Of a stretch of 55,416 bases of DNA, positions 49,407-55,416 are shown one piece after another. Made by a program: the position numbers and the translations under genes. Within the stretch, counting starts at the first letter, position 1. Each line of letters begins with the position of its first letter. The notes under the pieces were generated by a model that worked only from the letters and a program-made list of their open reading frames with translations, was not told the origin of the DNA and ran no database searches. This DNA is from Macrostomum lignano (taxonomy: Eukaryota): positions 1 to 55,416 of the forward strand of contig NIVC01004204.1 in assembly GCA_002269645.1 (NCBI GenBank). Direction: 5' to 3'.

Positions 49407-52364
49407 CTTCCACGCCGTCCGTGGGAAAAGCAATCAGCGCGGCTATGACGGAACTAAGCAACCGCCCTTCGACCTCAGTGGGGCGTCACCAGCTACTTCA
49501 GTGGGACAATGGCTCCTCCCGTTGCTCAGGCCGCTGCCCGTGGACCCAGGCCTTGACCTGGGAACGACAAATGGTCCGCACCAGCACAGACCTTCCGGAG
49601 ACACGCCGCCCGCCGAGCCAGACAGCCTCCATCGTGTCCTGCGCCTCCGCGGGGGTGGGTTAGACAACGACACCACAGGACGCAGACGCGGCAAACGCAG
49701 ACTAAAACTGCGTCGCTCACTTACCTGGGGCTCCAGAAAACGGCAACGCTCAGGGGATTTCTTTGTCCAGAGTGGCGATTGCCCCAAAAAAGGTGCCGCC
49801 TTTATGCCGGTTGCCCTGTGGAATATCACTAAAACTCAATCCTATCCTATCGCTAGGATTGAAACCAACAGCTTCATAGCAACTTAATACTACTCAGTAG
49901 TAGCTTTAGAATGCTCCATTTATAGTATCTATTGCGGTCAATAAATAGATAGTGTACAAACTTTTCTTGATCACCTTATCGATGTCACTTGGCAAACTTT
50001 ATGCTAGCTGCAATGACAATGCCCCATGGCTACGAAAAGAGAAGGCGGAAAGGAAAGGCGGAAGTGAAAGAAGACAAACGGAGAATGGAAGAAGAACAAG
50101 ACAAAAGAGTAGACTAAAAACTGATCAAGATGGTCTTTGAGACACCTGGCTCTTGAAAATGGATGGCTGGATGCCAGGATAGCTAATGATGCAGGTTAGA
50201 GCATTCCATAATTTACAGTAAGTGGGAATGAAGCACCGCTTCCATTGCCAGTTCTAGACAAAGGAATCTGAAGGGAGAAGCCGTGCTGTTTGCTGCTACA
50301 GCGGAGACCAAAGTGTGACTGTGGAGCAAAAGGGGGCAGGTGCTGCTGAAGTTCGCTGGAGCCTCGACCCCGCAGAAGTCAATGAACAAAAGCAAATCCA
50401 CCAACAGTTCAGCGAGCCCTAAGGCTATATAGAACCTCGAAGGAGTCACCAATGATCTTGGCAGCCTTCAGCTCGACACGGTCCAATAAAGTAAGATGGG
50501 GACTCGCTAGCAGATCAAACCGACCCGGGTGACAAAAAGTGGTCTAATTTTACCTTTATACTCGTAGGGTAGCCAAATGAGTTTAAGGAATAGGATGTTT
50601 AGCTCTAGTAGTCCAACCGAGTATAGAAGCTGCTTTTCTTTTTGGGTTAAAAGGTACTCATACAATGTAAGTCTATTATTGTTAATTATTGTCAACCAAG
50701 AAGTGTGACTTTATTAGAAATATTGAAGACTGAGTTTTCAAAAAGCAGGTGGAAAATCACAGAAATCCTTCCTGCTGCTAATGATTATTTACTCAAATTT
50801 ATTAGAATCAAACTTGACATTCAAGTCAGAACCCCGTTTGAGAAATCTTTTGAAGGTCTGTGCTCAAATAAGATGCAACATCAGTTCTACAAATTTGTAA
50901 GGCCTAATTAGGTGGGTGGCAAAATTTAAAAGAGGCATGTAGAGTGGTATCATCTGAAGACTTTCTGAGCTTCAAGAAGGTGATTTATTAAAAGTAAGAA
51001 TTTGAGGACCTAAGACAGATTCCTAAGAAACACCGGCATTAATATCTCAATTTGGGAACAATTTTATCAAATTGAAACACATAATTTCCTGTTTGGTAAA
51101 TAGTAAGAAAATCAAGAAATAAGGTGGCCAATTCTATCCCATAAGATGGTAATTTGTCGATAAGGCCCCAATGCTACACCCGATCAATAGATAGAGGATG
51201 TCAAGACAAACTACATTAAGTTCATCCCGTACACACGTGTGTGAAGACAATGCAATCTGCCGCTGAAACTGCACAGCTGATTGGTGGCTCTTTATAACTC
51301 AGATAATATGTGCTCAGTGCTGCTGGTAATGTGGAATCATTGCCTGATCTCACCAAGAGTAACATTTCTGTCCAAAATCGTCTTCTAAAATCTTCTCCCA
51401 AGCCTGGACGCTAAAGTTGGTCAGGATCGCCGCCGTAGGGGGTGAGGAATACAAACGGAAAGGCAGCTCCAAGGCCAGCAATTGTCTGTTAGACAAATGG
51501 AGGACGAAGAAATTTAAATAAAGCCCTGGCTGTTCATCTCTTCATCGATCAGTTAAATGAGTGATTGATAGATAAAAATATGGCTGTTAGCTGACGGCCT
51601 AAAACCGAGTGACTCGCAGTAAACAGTTCGGCTCACTGCGAATGAATTATATTAAAATGAAATATGCCATTTTTGATGCAGCTAATGGCTTCTACCCGTG
51701 CCCAACCAAGCTGTAATGGCCCTGCTGCGTTCCGGTTAGTAAGGGACTCTCAGCTTAATCTGACTCACTGCATCGTATTGAATTATTCACAGCCAAACCC
51801 ATTAGAAATTTGTGCAAAACGAGAGCTGCATCTGAGCTTAGGCTGGCACTCAAAAGGCTGCACTTGGCTGCACACCTCAACAGGCTGGATTGCCGCGAGC
51901 TGTTGGGCATTAAATTTTGACAGCGTCGCTCTGTCAGCGCTTTAGTGTCTTTGGTTAGTGAGTCGCAGTTAAAACCGAACCCGTGCTCAAAGCTGAAAAT
52001 TAAAGAAGAATGAAACCATTGGCAATGCTTTCAGAGAAGAGATAATGTCTTATCATTGACATGTTCATTATTGGGAGGCAGGAGGAAGAGACAGAGCGGG
52101 ATGGAGTGTACGTAAGCGATATCCCCTGGAAGGCAAATGTCTGCATGCCCATGAACGATCTGATCCTTGACTATTTGATACTGAATCAGATCTATCTATA
52201 ATGAAATGGAGACAGGCATGGAAGCATTGCGGTAAATGAGCAGATCGGCCAAATCCAAGTCTTGAAGATGCCCTGAGTCACTGATGCCAAGCAATAGCGG
52301 CTGTTGAGAAATATCACCAACGATAATTGTCTTCACGCAAGTGAATTCTGCTAATGATACACTG

Positions 52365-52398
52365 ATAGATAGATAGATAGATAGATAAATAAATAGAC

Positions 52399-52466
<68 letters not shown>
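52365..52466. repeat. (GATA)n microsatellite
   Basis: Direct reading. Confidence 0.95.
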
Positions 52467-52468
<2 letters not shown>

Positions 52469-52810
52469 CTAATGGGCCTAAAGAGGTGGCTTCAGTCTGT
52501 CTTATTCATTACGGCGGCCAGTTGCTCCTCATCTTTTTAGTCATGGAGGGCTGTGGGTTAAAACTGAAATTCATTTATTGACGCAGACACACGGTAGGCT
52601 AATGGCTTCGTCGCCACCTGTGCAGCTGAAAACAGATATCTATGGGTGCTCATGCAGCTGTGATCAGCTGCCGCAGTCTCGATGCGACAACGACAGAAAG
52701 CAAATCGAAACTCTCAACGGTCTCCAAGCTCACTGATTCTGGCTAAGGGCACAGCGAGTTAATGCATGGAGCTAATGGATTTCAATCCGGCTCACGCCGC
52801 ACTGACAGCC

Positions 52811-52862
52811 TGTTTACCGATAGGCAAGCGGCTGCCTGCTGATCGAGAGTCTCCATGGCAAC
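52811..52862 (+). promoter_or_regulatory. Forkhead site TGTTTAC (52811-52817) and RFX X-box GTCTCCATGGCAAC (52849-52862) upstream of WSC-PAN copy 3
   Basis: Perfect X-box ~93 bp upstream of the ATG; both motifs are intact in both arms although surrounding 5' sequence has diverged. Confidence 0.6.
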
Positions 52863-52954
52863 GCATCAATAAGGCTGCTGTTATTTAGCCTCTCTCTCGC
52901 ACAGAGATTCGGCAATATTCTGCTTAATGCCGCATTGACAAACCCAGCCTAGCC

Positions 52955-53793
52955 ATGCCTCTCTACAGGATTCTCTGTACTGCTCCGATCCTGAGCTGCC
53001 TGACCTGCGCCGCTCTCTGCCGCCAGTTCCAGACCTCGGACCTCGGCTGCTTCGTTGACGGCGCGAATGGCGTGAGAGACGTCGGTGACATGAAGAACAT
53101 TGGCCTCACACGGATCGGCAGCTCGGAGGTATCACAGATAGACTATGCTATCAATTGCGTCCAGATGACTCGCGAGGTGTGCAGCAGCGTCTGCGCTCTT
53201 GGCGGCTTCCAGTTCGCGGCTCTGCAGGCCTCATACTGGTGCTTCTGCGGCAACTCCTACGGGTCGCAGGGCGCTGCTCCTTACTGGGAGTGCAACTATG
53301 CCTGCAGTGGAAACGGGGGCCAGAACTGCGGAGGCAGCTGGCGAAACCGGGTGCTCCAGCTGAGCTACACCAACGGTGAGTTGCTGCTGCTGGTGGCCAC
53401 TTGTTTAACATCTGTTCGCCATATGTTGCTGCATTGGATTTGGGCCACTAAACTAAGTTTGAACTGAGTTTGAAGCAGTAACTCAAACATTATTAAGTGG
53501 CGAACTGTTTCATGTCAAATTATTCATTTCGAATCGAAGGTAACAACTTCTTCGTCAGCGGCAACCGGACCTTCGTCGAACTCAACATCCCTGATGCGCC
53601 GAACTTTACGACTGTGAGCGCTTTAAGTCAGCTCCATTGCGCGTATCTGTGCTCCAGTAAAGGTTCCGGTTGCCAGGCGGTGATCTTCAGCCAGCAGCAG
53701 CGCCTGTGCCACCTGCTGGAGTATGCTGCGGTCCCGGCCGCCTTCAGCAGCGAAAGCAGCGGCGACTTCTTTGTCCGTGCTGAGTGCGAATGA
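52955..53793 (+). CDS. Secreted WSC + PAN/Apple domain protein, copy 3 (2 exons, ~224 aa)
   Basis: Exons 52955-53375 and 53540-53793; same donor and acceptor as copy 2; WSC and PAN cysteine patterns intact. Confidence 0.87.
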
Positions 53794-54629
53794 AGCAGGT
53801 GCTGGTGCGGTTGAGCAGAGCAGACGAGCTGTAAGAACCGAAATTTAGAGGCAAATCAAAACAAACAGTGTCAACTAGCAAGCATACCTAAGCCTACTCA
53901 AAGACTTTAAAGTACTTAAAAGTACTCAAAGTACTAACAGCTGTAGACGTCTGCGTCTGAAATCAACTGGCCGAAATTGAACGCGAACCTATTTTTGCTT
54001 CTCATCCGAAAATGCTAACCTTTTTTACTTTTACCAAAATGTTTTAATGTACTTTCCTTTATAATCTTTGCGAATGCACTTCTGTGTGTTAGCATTCGAT
54101 TTCTGCTTTTGTTCTGTTAATTGTTGATTAGAAAGAGAAGTTTTGCGCGCAATCGGATACTTTTTGTCAGGATTCAAAACCAGAGAAATTGATTGGCGTG
54201 TTATAGTTATTTATTGCCTTTGTTCCCTCTCAAACAGCATTGTATCTTTTGAAGACTCAACTTTCCTGCTACTCGGATACAAGCGGCTGGCCGCTGAATT
54301 CTGCACACCTTCAGTTTTTTGCCAAAGGACACAGGTTTTACATTTCTTTTTTGAAGCCCGACACTTACAAGTACTCAGTGTTTTTCTGACACTGAGAGTT
54401 GATATTTTAACATAATCGCTAATCATCAATCACTAAACTAATTCTACTCCTGCCAAGCTTTGCAAGCGCTACTAACTATTAGTATAGGTACCTTCACACA
54501 GTTATTAGAAGCAAAATTCTGTAAATCGATTGAGACAGCGAGGACAAAGAAGCTGAGACTGGGGTGCCACACGCAACATGGCGATAAAGGTAACAGAAAT
54601 ACTCGACAGTGAGTCATGTAGTGGAGCAG

Positions 54630-55416
54630 CCGTTCGCTGGAGTAGCGTTCTCTAGAGCAGCGTTCGCTAGAGCAGCCCGTTTGCTAGAGTGGCCGTTCGC
54701 TAGAGTGGCCGTTCGCTAGAGTGGCCGTTCGCTAGAGTAGCCGTTCGCTAGAGTGGCCGTTCGCTAGAGTGGCCGTTCACTGGAGTAGCCGTTCGCTAGA
54801 GTGGCGTTCGCTAGAGTGGCCGTTCGCTAGAGTGGCCGTTCACTGGAGTAGCCGTTCACTGGAGTAGCCGTTCGCTAGAGTGGCCGTTCTCTAGAGTGGC
54901 CGTTCGCTAGAGTGGCCGTTCGCTAGAGTGGCCGTTCGCTAGAGTAGCCGTTCGCTAGAGTAGCCGTTCACTGGAGTAGCCGTTCGCTAGAGTGGCCGTT
55001 TGCTAGAGTGGCCGTTCGCTAGAGTGGCCGTTCGCTAGAGTGGCCGTTCGCTAGAGTAGCCATTCACTGGAGTAGCCGTTCGCTAGAGTGGCCGTTCGCT
55101 AGAGTGGCCGTTTCGCTAGAGTAGCCGTTCGCTAGAGTAGCCATTCACTGGAGTAGCCGTTCGCTAGAGTGGCCGTTCGCCTAGAGTGGCCGTTTGCTAG
55201 AGTGGCCGTTCGCTGGAGTAGCCGTTCACTGGAGTAGCCGTTCGCTAGAGTGGCCGTTCGCTAGAGTGGCCCGTTCGCTAGAGTGGCCGTTCGCTAGAGT
55301 AGCCGTTCACTGGAGTAGCCGTTCGCTTAGAGTGGCCGTTCGCGCTAGAGTGGCCGTTCGCTAGAGTGGCCGTTCGCTTAGAGTAGCCGTTCATGGAGTA
55401 GCCGTTTGCTAGAGTG
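54630..55416. repeat. 16-bp minisatellite (ccgttcgctagagtgg)n running off the window end
   Basis: Direct reading; variant units ccgttcactggagtag are interspersed. Confidence 0.95.

Larger units (their letters stand above)
52565..54470 (+). repeat. Right arm of the inverted segmental duplication
   Basis: Matches the reverse complement of ~37303-39365. Confidence 0.85.

Noticed and set aside
50480-51250. Decayed coding-like stretch (e.g. LLEILKTEFSKSRWKITEIL)
   Set aside because: Many stops and no recognisable motif; cannot be supported without a search.

Overview
Intron-rich, repeat-rich animal genomic DNA, not prokaryotic. The gene style and abundant mini/microsatellites resemble the flatworm Macrostomum, but that is inference only. 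Hand-built GT-AG exon models with consistent phases support these genes: (i) two tandem secreted PAN/Apple + LamG-like genes (1.2-5.9 kb; the second has a 1-nt frameshift); (ii) a 5-exon SAXO/FAM154 axonemal microtubule-stabiliser gene (7.3-12.2 kb); (iii) a GABA-A/GRD-like Cys-loop chloride channel subunit (16.7 to at least 23.6 kb, first exon not found) with satellites in its introns; (iv) three secreted WSC + PAN genes plus a remnant, two of them forming a ~2 kb inverted duplication with a conserved RFX X-box and forkhead site; (v) a partial, damaged argininosuccinate lyase gene whose last intron holds a truncated BEL/Pao LTR element inserted in a (CAGT)n tract. Other mobile elements are a near full-length LINE (APE-RT-RNase H-CCHC), a diverged LINE 3' fragment, a 727-bp TTAA-flanked foldback element, and three related ultra-short (30, 37, 60 bp) hairpin insertions with 8-bp target-site duplications and hAT-like ends. 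The hairpin family is the most unusual signal. No rRNA, tRNA or CRISPR array was recognised. All coordinates were read by hand and no database searches were run.
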